DNA of 64,000 bases from Antedon mediterranea (lineage: Eukaryota > Animalia > Echinodermata): positions 21,399,045 to 21,463,044 of the forward strand of contig NC_092680.1 in the NCBI RefSeq assembly GCF_964355755.1. Reading direction: 5' to 3'. This document shows positions 39,873 through 53,587 of this stretch, piece by piece. The notes beneath the pieces were generated by a model. The model did not search any database. It was given only the letters and a program-made list of their open reading frames with translations, and was not told where the DNA came from. How positions within the stretch are numbered: the stretch's first letter is position 1; each line of letters opens with the position of its first letter. The translations under genes were made by a program, and so were the position numbers.

Positions 39873-40130
39873 TTAATATATGCTAGAATATGAATTGTGT
39901 TAAGAAATAATTAATATGCTACAATATGAATTATGTTAAGAAATGTATAGGCCTAGGCCTTTGCTAAAATGATTATGTTAAGAAATGAATATGCTAGAAT
40001 ATGAATTGTGTTAAGAAATGAATATGTTTAGGAAAATGAATAGGCCTACGCTAAGTGAATGTGTTAAGACATTTATGTTAAGTTATGAATATTATGAATG
40101 AATATATATTATATTTTTAGTAATAAAAAA
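39873..40130 (+). mobile_element. Short retroposed insertion with poly(A) end and a 14-bp target-site duplication
   Basis: TSD aaaatgagggacca at 39859-39872 and 40131-40144; the insert ends AATAAAAAA and has internal ~33-bp repeats (aatatgctagaatatgaattgtgttaagaaat). Confidence 0.78.
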
Positions 40131-40964
40131 AAAATGAGGGACCACTCGCCACTGCATTCACGATACAATGAGGGACCACTCGCCACTGCATTTATTTCTT
40201 ATTTATCTAGGCCGCGCTTATATCATTATTCATCATTTTTGTTTATTTTGGTTTTTCAACAATAATAAAAGATGTTGATTGTATGTGTGGTGAACCATTC
40301 AAGGTCGAGTCCTAACAACTTATGTTTGATTTTAACTATTATTGATTCAAAATCTCAGCTCCTTGGCTCCAATCACGCTCAACTGTACACTAACGCCCTG
40401 TTATTCTTGTTTTTAAAAACGTGTTTAAATTTGTCGGCACTGTATTTGTATCGAACGTGTCCGTGTTTAGGTCAGAAATAGGCAAACACATGGACAGACA
40501 TAAGTCTAGGCGTTCGGTCGTCAGTCTGATTGGAATACATTTTGATGAAAATTATCTAGACTATTATTTACTTTATTTTTGTCAAAAGAGGCGACTTTGT
40601 GATTCATATATACATAGATATGTTTAAGTGAATATCTATCTATAGTATCTTCTGTTTCATGTTATGTATTTATGTCGCTCGGCGACTAAGCCAGGCTCCT
40701 GGAGGGAAATATTAATAAAATGTATTTAAAAATTACAACAACATCATCTTTTATCTTGATAGCGTCAATAATTGTTAATAATTATCAGTGCCTTCATTGC
40801 GAATTTTTTATGTCATCAAAATAGTCCCATAATCACAGAAACGATAATTATAAACAAATTATAATTAAAACAATAGACCTATAGACAATAACTCATTTTA
40901 TTTACAATATCGATACGTTACGATTTATTTTCAAACCAAACTGCTTATACAATTATTGTTTTTT

Positions 40965-41110
40965 TTTCTTTTAAATAATAACATTTATTCAACATCAACA
41001 GACAGTTTACATTTGTTATGGTCAAGACACACAGAAGCCAAAGTGGCTGGTCTTTGTAGTCCCTAAGCATAAACATAAAACATAGGCGGACGCATTACAA
41101 TTGTACACAA
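40965..41110 (-). mobile_element. Probable LINE 3' UTR remnant
   Basis: T-run and TTTATT (a minus-strand AATAAA and poly-A) followed by a tail-like segment; no coding sequence, so clade unassigned. Confidence 0.35.
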
Positions 41111-41173
41111 ATTGTTTATAAAATTATTACTCGCATCACGCCAACTACGAAAGGTGGTGTGTTGTTTAATGAG

Positions 41174-41807
41174 AAGGTACACGATAATACCATTACATTA
41201 GTAGGCCTATGACATGGTTTATTAAGGGTAAAGAATTAAGGTACACGATAATACTATTACATTAGTAGGCCTATGACATGGTTTAGGAAGGGTAAAGAAT
41301 TAAGGTACACGATAATACCATTACATTAGTAGGCCTATGACATGGTTTAGGAAGGGTAAAGAATTAAGGTACGCGATAATACTATTACATTAGTAGGCCT
41401 ATGACATGGTTTAGGAAGGGTAAATAATTAAGGTACACGATAATACCATTACATTAGTAGGCCTATGACATGGTTTAGGAAGGGTAAAGAATTAAGGTAC
41501 ACGACAATACCATTACATTAGTAGGCCTATGACATGGTTTAGGAAGGGTGAAGAATTAAGGTACACGATAATACCATTACATTAGTAGGCCTATGACCAG
41601 GTTTAGGAAGGGCAAAGAATTAAGGTACACGATAATACCATTACATTAGTAGGCCTATAACATGGTTTAGGAAGAGTAAAGAATTAAGGTACACATCATT
41701 ACATTAGTAGGCCTATGACATGGTTTAGGAAGGGTAAAGAATTAAGGTAGGCCTACACGATAATACCATTACATTAGTTAGGCCTATATGGTTTGGAAGG
41801 GCAAAGA
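41174..41807. repeat. 64-bp minisatellite, about 10 copies
   Basis: Unit aaggtacacgataataccattacattagtaggcctatgacatggtttaggaagggtaaagaatt; starts at 41174 and 41238. Confidence 0.96.
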
Positions 41808-43040
41808 CCCCCTAAAGTACACGCGATCGATCATAGTCAATCCAAGGTCAACAACGCTTACTAAAATCAACTCAGATGTAATTACATGATCGTGCCAAGG
41901 CCACCACAACTATCTTTAATTCTGCGAATTGAAATTCGATAAATGACTAAAAAGAAGTGTAATATTTGTCACTTCAGTGAGATGCCGTGGTTTCGTGTTC
42001 GTGCTTCGAGGAGGAGAACATCTATAAACATTTCTCCTATAAACATGAATCATTCCGTAAACTAAATCATATTATTTGATTTAATGCCGAATGTTTCGCT
42101 AACTCCAATATATCTCATCGCTTCTTTTTTTCACGTCACGTATCATAATACGTATTGTCGATCTGTTACCATTGATGAACACTAAACACTTTAAAATGTC
42201 TAAGAATGGTGTACATGATTTGTTTCAACACATTGGATGAGGCCTCTAGTAGGCACCGTTACACAGTACCTCATGGCGCATTAGTTTTGATAAATAATTA
42301 GACTACCGTATAGGTATTTCATTGCATGATTCTGAAATAAGGTGACTGGGCATTAAAAAATCAACAATTTACGAAAACAAGCTTTATTAGAAAAATTCAG
42401 ACTCCCGTAAGGGTTACGCCTTATAGCCATGTATACTAAAAATGCCAACAAACGAGTTATCAATATTACCAGCATTACAAATATTGTAGCCTACTATTAC
42501 TCTTTATGACAAAGGTCATTCGCACCCATTGACCTCGAGCACCCCGATTTTCTCTAGTATTAAAATTATTTAAAAATATAAGGTGTGTGACTTACAGGTT
42601 GTTGAAGGTAGGCCACTGTGTACAGGCGTAAGAGGAAGGTCAGCGGTTAGTACCACAGGTATATTGCTACCTTTACAGGTATATTGCTACCTGTACGGTC
42701 CTTGAGCAAGAGTTCATCATAGGGGTAGACTTGTTTTAATCTGTTAGAGTGGTGATCGACTTCCGATGTCGGTACAATGACCGATCGACCGACCGACCGA
42801 TGAATAACCCGAGAGACCGAAATCTAACATGACAGTTTGCCCTCATGTTGTCGCTTTAATTTTCACAAGTGTATGTTACAATAATGTTCATGATTCAGCT
42901 ACAAATAACACCCCCCCCCCCCACCCCACCTTCCATCCTCTCTTCCTCCTCTAAGTACTAAACCCGTAAAGTGTTTTGACATGAAGATCACATCTAAACG
43001 CATTGTGTTTTAGTACGGTTGATTTTCATTTATACGTACC

Positions 43041-43124
43041 CATATATGGACATTATCATGTCCATATATGGGTACTATATCATTTTTTTTTTGTCACATA
43101 ACATTTGATAGTTTAGACAGAGCT
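43041..43124 (+). mobile_element. MITE family A, right half
   Basis: atcatgtccatatatggg...ttgtcacata..tttgatagtttagacagagct-TTA. Confidence 0.7.
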
Positions 43125-45195
43125 TTATAAGTATTCATAAAATTCAGTTTCCAATTAAAAAGAATATGCCGAGGAATACGTGATGTAATTTCTACGCGCA
43201 CACGTCATTCCCAAAGGACGCATGATGCGTAGGGCATTGTACTTTTAGTAAACAACTTATTCATCTTTTTTGGCGCGATAAGTGACTCACTGAATACATT
43301 AAACATCGAGAGTGAACTAGCAATAATTAGTTTGTCCTGCGAGATTTCATCATTAATCTTTCTAGGAATGATGTTTACGAATGCTATTTCAGCTCGGTTT
43401 GGCCCGTGTATAACCCTTTACAAATAAGCATACAAGCGTAACAGTATACATTCAGATTTAGTGCGTAATGTTTCGTAACATGTTTATGAACGTAAATTCT
43501 ACGTATTCCCTTGTGGTAAACATGTTCAATTCGTGATAAGTCAATGACACCCAAGTAACCTTGCTTGATTAGTCGTTGTGTTATTAATGACATATTGATT
43601 TAAATTTTAAATGTGACGGACATGAATGTATTTTTAATGTGCCTTCGCTTCTTACAAGTGCAGTGCTTCTTCTGCAATGACAAATCCAGTAGTTGTATGA
43701 TTCAAGATTAAATACATTGTATACAGAAACTTACACAACTGATTAATAATACACATGTATTCCTTCAAAATTCGACTGTTTCTATATAAATAAAGTCAAG
43801 ATATATTTCTATTGTAGGGAGAAAGTATTGAGGTAAACGCAACACGAAAACCATATCTTGTCAAACAGCGCCACCAGTAGGTCGGTTCGATATAGGGGAT
43901 TTCCCTTTTTAACAATCCTGGTGCCGTGGGAACTAATGTCAAGGAATAGCATGTAAAAACAGTCTTGTCTATTTAAAACAGAAATACTGATCATGCATTA
44001 TTACCTCGATGTTAAAAATCAACATTATGAATCACTTCCTTGGGGTATTCGCGTGTTTTTATCTTTATTATCATCATTTTGTATCAATTTTAACACTGCA
44101 TTTTGTATCAATTTTAACACAGCTTTCGTTAGAATAATATCTCATGAGGAGAAGACTATCGTCACAGAAAAACGTCCACAATTCTTCTTTACAATTACAG
44201 TTATTTTCACCATAAAATGTTATTGACTATATAAGGGTTTACTTTATAAGTTTAGGCACTTAAGTCTAATTTGTTTCTTCCTAATAATAATACGCCTATA
44301 TTGCTTTTAAAGTTTTCATTCTCCGATCCTATATGACTTTCTTTACTGTATATAGATTAGCCAGGATCCCTATAGTTAGACCTTAACATTCCCTAGTCAC
44401 CCTAATGAACCACCAACCCTCACATCAAATCAGAGGCACTTAGCGATAGCACGGATACTAGTTGAATCTTCATATAATTTAAAGTTTATCTCATCACGGC
44501 ACTATTCTGACACATAGGATAGTGTCAAAAATACATCCTTCTTAAAATATAAGCCGTCATGCTTGTTGTGGTTTAATTATAGATCTATAAAAATCTTATT
44601 TAGAATATCGATGTTTAATGTCCTGTTAAAAATCATATCCCTGTACTAGAATCGGGACGGATCCTAATAAAAGGAGTTACAAAATACTGAACTTAAAATA
44701 GCAAGAGATATACACATTTTACAAATTACTGAACTCCAAATTGGGAGGGGGGGTTAACGAGTCCCCTAGGAGTTGAAAATATGCACAATTTTGTTTACAA
44801 ACTTCTTAACTCCAAAGGGGGGTGGGGGACGAGTCCCCAGCTAAATGAACTAAGTGTTGTATGGTGTGGTTCTTTGCCCTGCGTCGTCGTATAATTATTT
44901 GATGTACCGGTACAATCGTCGGTATTTATGAAGTGAATGTTTTTACATCGTTTTTTCTCCTCCGGCTATTACCATAAGGTAACATCATTTCCCATAACTA
45001 ACAAATTGATTCCGTTGTTTAGGGCAAAATCTCACAGTTTTTAATAAGATTTATATTCATTCACACCCATTACATTACACACATATGGCTCTCTACCTCT
45101 CTGTACTTTTAAATGTAATATATTGCGCCTTGTAATTTTTGTAAATGTTCACATGTTTCAAGGCGACTAATTTGTCATTTTTAAGGCAATGGTAT

Positions 45196-45440
45196 GTCAT
45201 GGAGCTATCTCCATGGTTATCCCATACATCGTGTGTACAGTGTCGTCATGGAGCTATCTCCATGGTTATCCCATACATCGTTTGTACAGTGTCGTCATGG
45301 AGCTATCTCCATGGTTATCCCATACATCGTTTGTACAGTGTCGTCATGGAGCTATCTCCATGGTTATCCCATACATCGTTTGTACAGTGTCGTCATGAAG
45401 CTATCTCCATGGTTATCCCATACATCGTTTGTACAGTGTC
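45196..45440. repeat. 49-bp minisatellite, 5 copies
   Basis: Unit gtcatggagctatctccatggttatcccatacatcgtttgtacagtgtc; explains ORFs 45145-45460. Confidence 0.96.
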
Positions 45441-47549
45441 ATAAACTTTCAATCAACTAACGCCAAACTAAATTGACCGTTCTTTAAAAAAATGACCAAG
45501 AACCGCTTGGTCCACGTGCGCGTACAAGGTCTGATAATATCGATACAACATTTGTACGCGCGCGTACATTTTGTGCTGGTGTTGTAAACGAGTGTTCATC
45601 GTCTCTAAAATCTGTGCTGTATAACACAGTAGTCAAATGGCAATCCTGTAACACGATGTACCCTAGTAATTGAAATACGCTCCCTTCATTGAACATGCGT
45701 TAATAATCAGCACAATTTTTAAGACCGGTAAAAGATAAAATGGAAATTTGTGCTGTTTCGCCTCTGGCAGTTTCGTTTGAAGCAGTCGGTCGGTCAAATT
45801 GTTAGCCTCAAATACTAAAAACCTCACTATTCTCATAAGGATAGGATTTACAAACTACTATCATTATATGGATTGGTCTATTGAATCTCTTAGCCTCGTG
45901 GGATGGTATTAGTGGAATCATCTGCCGATTTCTCCTCACATATCCAGGTTAATTTGACGATATTTGTGCTTGATAATTGTCCTAACTGTTACGGTTGAAG
46001 GCCTAGGCCTAGTGAGAATTCATCATCTTATAGTGAGATACATTGTCCGTGAAAACGAGCGCTATAAAAACACGTTCTTAAAAGAAATCAAAATACATAA
46101 TATGAGCTCGTTTCTAAGCAGCAAAATACGGTTTTAAAACCGTTTTTAGGAAAGAGTGGAAATGGGTTCACACAAAAAAAAAACACTATTAAAGAATCGA
46201 TTTTGAGTCAATAAGAAATGTAATATCATTTTTACAAATCATTAGTGACGGAGTAATGTTAATATAATAATAGGCTACTCATGGGTGGTGTTGTTCTGTC
46301 TGCGATGGGAGGATGATCTCATCTATGGTATTATTGGAAGGAAAACAACCCATTCCATTCATACATCATTTTTCAACGGGCAGATTGGGAACCAGGAACT
46401 GTGTAAGCGATAAATAAACACGACGAACATGATTTCCGAATTTCCTGAACAAGCCTTTCAATGGGATATAGACCTAAGTTTGTTTGTTAAGTTTGTCTCC
46501 GCACCAGGATTTCATGAAATGCCACACCTTCATTCACTTTCGCGGTACGACTTTCATTTTGGATGTGTTAAATGAACACAACAACATGTTGTATATTATA
46601 TGCAAAAATAAAAGATGTTTTGGAAATACTAATGTCTTCTTGTATGTTCCTGATTCGTGTGTTCTAGCCGCAGCTGGCTGCAATTGACGAGGATGCACCC
46701 AATGTACACGGCAAATTGGGCATTGGGATTAATAATAAGCCTGTAATTATTCTATAAATGATTCTATTACATCAGTTTATCATTCTCCTCACTGAATGTA
46801 TTTGATAAGCAATCTTCAATTTATTCAATCTATTTCTAGCCACTGTTGTTCCTAAATGATTGACTTCAGGTGCGATGTACGCGGCTTTAGACGTCCTGTT
46901 GTACGTCGGTTCGTGTTCAGACATTTGCCCGTCCAATGCCTAAAAAAATCAAACATTCTGTCAAATCATTTCTTGTTCTGATTACCAAGGCACAGAGGGC
47001 CTACAACCCCTGGGAAAGCTAGCATTATAATTATTCAGGCTTGCTTTGTCACGAATTAAATTAGGCCTAAATGCTTAAACGACCGATCAGTACAAACTTT
47101 GAACGGTTTTGCACTGATATCATTCAATGCGCATGACTTTTATTCAGACTGTCCAGAATTTGGATATTTTTAGAGTGTGTGTTTAATTAGTCTATTATCC
47201 GTCCGTTATTTCCTGATCAAATCAAAGAATATTTCAGTTGACCGGAAAAGAGTCATAAATGCATAGGCCTAATTAGCAACACATTGATCCATGGAAGTAT
47301 AAAATTAGATTTGTTCATGTTTTTTCACAAACTAATACGCGAGTCCCATGTAAATGAACTAAGGGCGTGTGGTTATTTGATCTGCGCGTCGTATAGTTGA
47401 TGTACCGGTACCATGATTGATTCATGGTTGAATTTTAGAATGATACAATTAAACGTCATAGCCGCGCGCACAGAGATCACAGAGAGTGCGCGGGTAATTC
47501 AGTCGTAATGTTTGTATTTCTTTAATTTTGATTTGTCGAAATTGGTGAG

Positions 47550-47688
47550 CGTTACGCTATCTTAGCGTTTACGTTAAGACGAAACGCTTGACCAATCATG
47601 ACGCGATAGATTATCTAAATTGCTTGTGATTGGTCAACTCAATTGCGTTGCGTGCACGCCCTAATCGCGTTACCTGGGAACCAATCTA
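47550..47688. mobile_element. MITE family B copy (degenerate)
   Basis: cttgaccaatca...gcttgtgattggtcaactcaattgcgttgcg...tgggaaccaa. Confidence 0.68.
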
Positions 47689-48958
47689 TGACGAGGTATA
47701 ATCGTTGTGATTATCTTATTTACCAAGAGTGAGCACTTAAAACATCTATCACATACCTGGCAAGTCATAAGTTAATTATCACCCTTTCGTCAATATTAAC
47801 TCGATATCGATTTCAGGATTTATTGGTGTTATCATCTAGTGTCACATTAACCCGATTCACCGGAGGCGTATTACATCGACTACCGGTATTATGGTTGTAC
47901 ACCAACATATAGAACTAATTTAATGTGAAATTTAATGTAAATGATGTGGTCCTTCGCCGAAAATACAAAATGTCGGTTGTCCCATGACACGTTCGCGGTC
48001 AAAAGACTGAACGACCTGAACATTGTACAAATGAGTGTTGTTGCCTATCTATCAATATTGCACTAGCCTATTATTATATTACCGTAGCTTTCCGAACAAA
48101 TCTGAAATTGAAGAAGGCGCTTGTGAAAAAGAGCTGTTTAAAGTGACAGAGTATCGACATAATGACTTCTATTATTGATCCACAAAACGAGTAGCTACAA
48201 TTCTGCGAATTATATCGCCAACAAGTCTGCAACGCGAATATCAAAACACTTATTGAAATAACAATAATATATAGTACTCGTTTAAACACAGTCATTTGTT
48301 AACAAGATTGTCGATAAATCAACGCAGGAGTGTAGGAAAATTAAAACTAGGTGTAATTTGATTGACATATGACGTCATCATAAAGCTAGATACATTTGAA
48401 CTTGGTGTTGATGCGATAAGACGCCCGAGGCTAGGCGAGCGACAGTCGCCGCCATTCGGCTCTCCGCATGGCTAATCCGAGTGTCAGATTTAAGTGGCTA
48501 TCTCACACAGCGCGTCGTTAAACGCGCGATGTTGGCGGATCACACCGCTAATAATTCTGATACGTGATCTTCACAATTAATCATAATTTGATAAGTACAA
48601 ATATTTACATTTTCAATATACAGAAGGACGCCTGTTCGCTTAACATTCATTATGAGTCAGGATTAGGATACCTTCGTAATGTCCTATTAGTTTTCAAGGG
48701 AAACTTTCTGTCAGGCGCGCGCAAGCCGACTACATCCGCGAGATCGATATTGCTAAATCTTGTCATCACTTTTACAGTCACTAAAAATAAAATGTTCGCA
48801 GTAATCAAATTCATTTCATTCCAACCAAAAAAACTTCAATTTTAGCTAAATTCAAAATCAAATCATCAAACTCATTTGAGTCACCGTCAAAACTTTAAAA
48901 TGAAAAAGATCTAGCATGGAAAATAATGGGCTCAAACAACATAATAGACACATATAAA

Positions 48959-49050
48959 TAGACGCAACGCAAGCAAGTTGACCAATGACAAGTGATAGAA
49001 TAATTCATCGCTTCTGATTGATCTATACGTTGCGTTGCGCTTACGTTCAT
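48959..49050. mobile_element. MITE family B internal fragment
   Basis: tagacgcaacgcaagcaagttgaccaatgacaagtga...cgttgcgttgcgcttacg. Confidence 0.68.
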
Positions 49051-50009
49051 ACAACAAAAATAGCACACCAATAAATTCATAAATAAGCCTCCTAAATTAA
49101 TTTTAAAATAGGCACAGTATTTTCTTCTTGTGGGAATCAGGCTTTTTTTTACAGTGGACACGACTTTCAATAATGCTGCCACAAAGAATATAGTTCCTAA
49201 TAATATGTTTTACGAAGTTATCATTAAATTATATAACTACATACGGCAGGTATACATACTTTAATAGCTGGCCCCATAGGCCCTATTGAGTACTGTTCAA
49301 GTCTCAACACGTCCCGAACATAGTCGGTCCAACATTGCTTTAATTTGTAATGAAGTAGAAGCTAAACCTGGCCTGGAGCCCCTGGTGAGTTGCTCATGGC
49401 AATCAGATTTATCTGTTTATCGAATGTCATTTTGTCAAATAATTACCGGTATTTACTAGCTTCACAAGTATTGTTGCCAGTTAGTCACCCTTAAAATTGC
49501 AACCATCTCGCAGACGATAAGCTCGACGTGTTCTAGCCTGAAAACAAACAGTTGTGGTCGGCCCCAGCAGACGATCGAAACTCAACTCCCACCAAGGGAA
49601 AGGAAATCATTCTCGCGCTAATATTAGTTTAAAGATTGGCTCAGGTAGAAATCATTTGAAAAAACCTCTGACCTTGAGCTGGTTTAGTTTTCAGTTCATC
49701 CCACCTGCCGACAGTCTTTTTATTTTGAGAAGGAAGAAGCACACCAGTGACCTAATAAACTTGGTTTTAATTATTGATATTAATCGAAGTTGACATGTGT
49801 TGGTATTGTTTATGATGATTATTACAGTTAAATTAATGACAACACATTTTTTTATTACGCTTAAATAATGACAGACCAGATAAATATGTAACTGAGTTAT
49901 GTAGCACGTTCCAAATCTAAGTGTTGCTTTCGGCAAATGTTATAAATAAATAAAAGTTTAGCTAAATTAAGTTTAGGACAATTAACTAAATAAATCATAT
50001 CAGAGCAAG

Positions 50010-50290
50010 TTTGATTTGAATTAATTTATTCGGAAAATCATTAAAAAAAACATTGTGATAACATTAACTAATGACATTACAGAAAAACATTGGAGAAGAT
50101 TTTCAACGATTATCCAAAAAGGTAGCCGATAGCTTATTTCATTGGTGCCTTTATATATAAATCTACAATACTTCAGTTATATATTGCACTGTGACTATTA
50201 GTATTAAGAAAGAATATCTAGAAATTAGCTGAAAAAAAACATTTTTATAAGAATCAAAAGTTAAACAACAGTTTGTACAAACACTAATGT
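50010..50290 (-). mobile_element. Probable LINE 3' end remnant abutting the 37-bp array
   Basis: (TTTGA)-type tail and TTTATT on the plus strand, i.e. an AATAAA/(TCAAA)n end on the minus strand; weak. Confidence 0.3.
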
Positions 50291-50291
50291 A

Positions 50292-51390
50292 ATGTCTAAT
50301 GTTATGTTGTCATACTTAGGCCTATGCTATGTCTAATGTTATGTTGTCATACTTAGGCCTATGCTATGTCTAATGTTATGTTGTCATACTTAGGCCTATG
50401 CTATGTCTAATGTTATGTTGTCATACTTAGGCCTATGCTATGTCTAATGTTATGTTGTCATACTTAGGCCTATGCTATGTCTAATGTTATGTTGTCATAC
50501 TTAGGCCTATGCTATGCCTAATGTTATGTTGTTATACTTAGGCCTATGCTATGTCTAATGTTATGTTGTCATACTTAGGCCTATGCTATGTCTAATGTTA
50601 TGTTGTCATACTTAGGCCTATGCTATGTCTAATGTTATGTTGTTCTACTTAGGCCTGTGCTATGTCTAATGTTATGTTGTCATACTTAGGCCTATGCTAT
50701 GTCTAATGTTATGTTGTCATACTTAGGCCTATGCTATGTCTAATGTTATGTTGTTCTACTTAGGCCTGTGCTATGTCTAATGTTATGTTGTCATACTTAG
50801 GCCTATGCTATGTCTAATGTTATGTTGTCATACTTAGGCCTATGCTATGTCTAATGTTATTTTGTCATACTTAGGCCTATGCTATGTCTAATGTTATTTT
50901 GTCATACTTAGGCCTATGCTATGTCTAATGTTATGTTGTCATACTTAGGCCTATGCTATGTCTAATGTTATGTTGTCATACTTAGGCCTATGCTATGTCT
51001 AATGTTATGTTGTTATACTTAGGCCTATGCTATGTCTAATGTTATGTTGTTATACTTAGGCCTATGCTATGTCTAATGTTATGTTGTCATACTTAGGCCT
51101 ATGCTATGTCTAATGTTATGTTGTCATACTTAGGCCTATGCTATGTCTAATGTTATGTTGTCATACTTAGGCCTATGCTATGTCTAATGTTATGTTGTCA
51201 TACTTAGGCCTATGCTATGTATAATGTTATGTTGTCATACTTAGGCCTATGCTATGTCTAATGTTATGTTGTTCTACTTAGGCCTATGCTATGTCTAATG
51301 TTATGTTGTCATACTTAGGCCTATGCTATGTCTAATGTTATGTTGTTATACTTAGGCCTATGCTATGTCTAATGTTATGTTGTCATACTT
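50292..51390. repeat. 37-bp minisatellite (ATGTCTAATGTTATGTTGTCATACTTAGGCCTATGCT)n, about 30 copies
   Basis: Period 37 (50292, 50329); very homogeneous, so a recent expansion. Confidence 0.97.
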
Positions 51391-53485
51391 CACCCAATCA
51401 GTGAGTATGTGATGATGAAAATTGTTGATAGTATAAATACAATTATTGTTAAATAAGTTCATTTGGATCTGATAATATAATGTGATAATGGATCATAGAA
51501 GTAACTTTTTATCACTTTTTTATAAATACAATTAATTGAAAGAAAGCGTTATCGTTACTCTTTGATTACATTCGGATGATTTCAAAGGAATAAATGTTGA
51601 TTCATATCTACGTGATGTTTGAATGTCAAAGGCAATAAAACATGCTTAATCAGTGTAATGACTCACTTAAGATCAATTAGTGTTACATGATTCACTCGCT
51701 AATCACTTACCGTCAACTACTTATTCAGACGTCGAGTTTTATAGATTCAATATAACGCTGTTCTTAAAGGCCCAATTTTTTGGTTTCTCCAAATTGTTGT
51801 TGTTGTTGTTGTTGGAAAAGTGGATGGATAGTTCTCCTTAAAAAAATAGTTTTTAAATATTTTTTTCTACGGAAATGATTAACAATCATTAACATTATTA
51901 AAACTACGAAATGGCTTATTCAAAGTATTTTTTAATGCATCTTTATTGTTCATATTTTTTGGGACAATGCAACTTTAACGGCCGATATTGTTATGCTTTC
52001 TTTAGTCAATTAAAACATCATAAATTAATCGTTCTTTACTCCCCTTTTTTAAATGTAGGCCTAACTGAAATTTACATTTTAGAACACACGGTGTGGCGAC
52101 ATTTCGTTTCTATTACGTCTGGGAACCACGCTTTAGGACTACGTCTAAACAAAAATAGGCGTGTCATTTTAACAAGTATAAACAATAGGTACGAGTTCAA
52201 TCAGATATTCTGAAATAGCTGTCCACACGAGATTATTAATAATTCAATAAACTTGTTAGATATTCAGAGAATAACGCACCTGCCGTAATAGCATTCACAT
52301 TAGGTCACTTACGGATTAAAGTATCGCACCTTAAAGGCGTGTTCATATGTTATCAAGCTCACCTGCCGTTACCTGTATGTGAGGGTCGTAAGTTCAAGTG
52401 AAGGTGTAACACATCTTCTGACCCACATTGATTGACCCATCAACTTTGATGATGGACACTTTTCTACATTAGTAACTCGAGTTTACCAATGTAGGTCATT
52501 ATGCAATTACTATATCGCATTCAATTTTATTTGCAATTTCAAATATAAAGCTTACAATTACTGGCTTAATTTTCATAATCTTGTTTAATAATGGGTCGTG
52601 ATATGACGCATTGGTATGCGTAACGTATCGCAATTAAACTGTAATTAAACTCATTCGTATGACTACCTGGGAAATTGTCCTATTTTATGTCGTATGACTA
52701 CCCTGGGAAATTGTCATCTTTTATGCCGTCTATTTCATTTTGATGTTCATCATCCACATTGCTATTTACAATAATTCACAGGCTTTCGGACATTCTCATT
52801 TTCATTCATTAAAAACATTTATTTCCATACACTGATATAAAAGATAATATCGTACAAAGCAAAACAAAATGATAATAGGTCAGAAGGCAGATACCCTGAA
52901 AGATGACAAAAACATTTTGAGGTAGGCGAGCCTTTAAGAAGCAATTTAAAAAGAATAAAAGAACAAAAAAAAATTCTTTGGTTACATCATTTTTTTTCAA
53001 ACACGTATGATTATGCAAAATACTATATAATTAATATATCCCGGGTAAATAGTCAATCAATATCCCGGGTAAATAGTCAATCAATATACAGAAATCTAAA
53101 AAGTGCACATGTTAGGTATGGTATACTAACTCAGCTTAATGACGTAGACGGAAGTTTTGACCAATGACAATCGATTAGGGTGAGCCTTTTTAACTACTGC
53201 AAGTGGACCTACGTCCTTGTGTGGGGAATCAAGTGTTTCGATATGCCACTCCCTTGTTTTAAATGTCCCACACGACCAAACTGGAATAAACACCAAGATG
53301 AATGATGTCACACATTGAAATCGAATTTTTGTTTGGAAACTATACATTCGGGTACAAGACGTATGAAACGCCATGTGTGTCAAAATATTTATCCTAAGTT
53401 ACCATTATTAAATCTGCTAGACTAACAACCAAACGCACGTAAATGCATGCCTTGCACTCTTGATTGGAAGAGTTCAAAAAATGTA

Positions 53486-53587
53486 CCCATATATATATAT
53501 AAATGATGATGTCATATCACTACCATATCTGGGCATATCAATACTATATTTGGGCACACCACACGTATGATAATGTAGAACAGTGCT
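53486..53587 (-). mobile_element. MITE family A copy, reverse orientation, degenerate
   Basis: atgatgatgtcatatcactaccatatctgggcatatca is the reverse complement of the family A core. Confidence 0.7.

Noticed and set aside
42590-42830. Minus-strand donor CCT|GTAAGT as a possible upstream kinase exon
   Set aside because: The phase would fit a putative acceptor just before the kinase ATG, but the frame is closed by a stop within a short duplication and there is no start or recognisable protein similarity.
48380-48402. ATAAAGCTAGATA match to miR-9-3p/miR-79
   Set aside because: The match stops after 13 nt and the upstream 5p arm (TCTTTGGTTATCTAG) is absent.
41-51390. CRISPR-like appearance of the 34-37 bp arrays
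   Set aside because: Units are head-to-tail with no unique spacers, there are no cas genes, and the context is eukaryotic.
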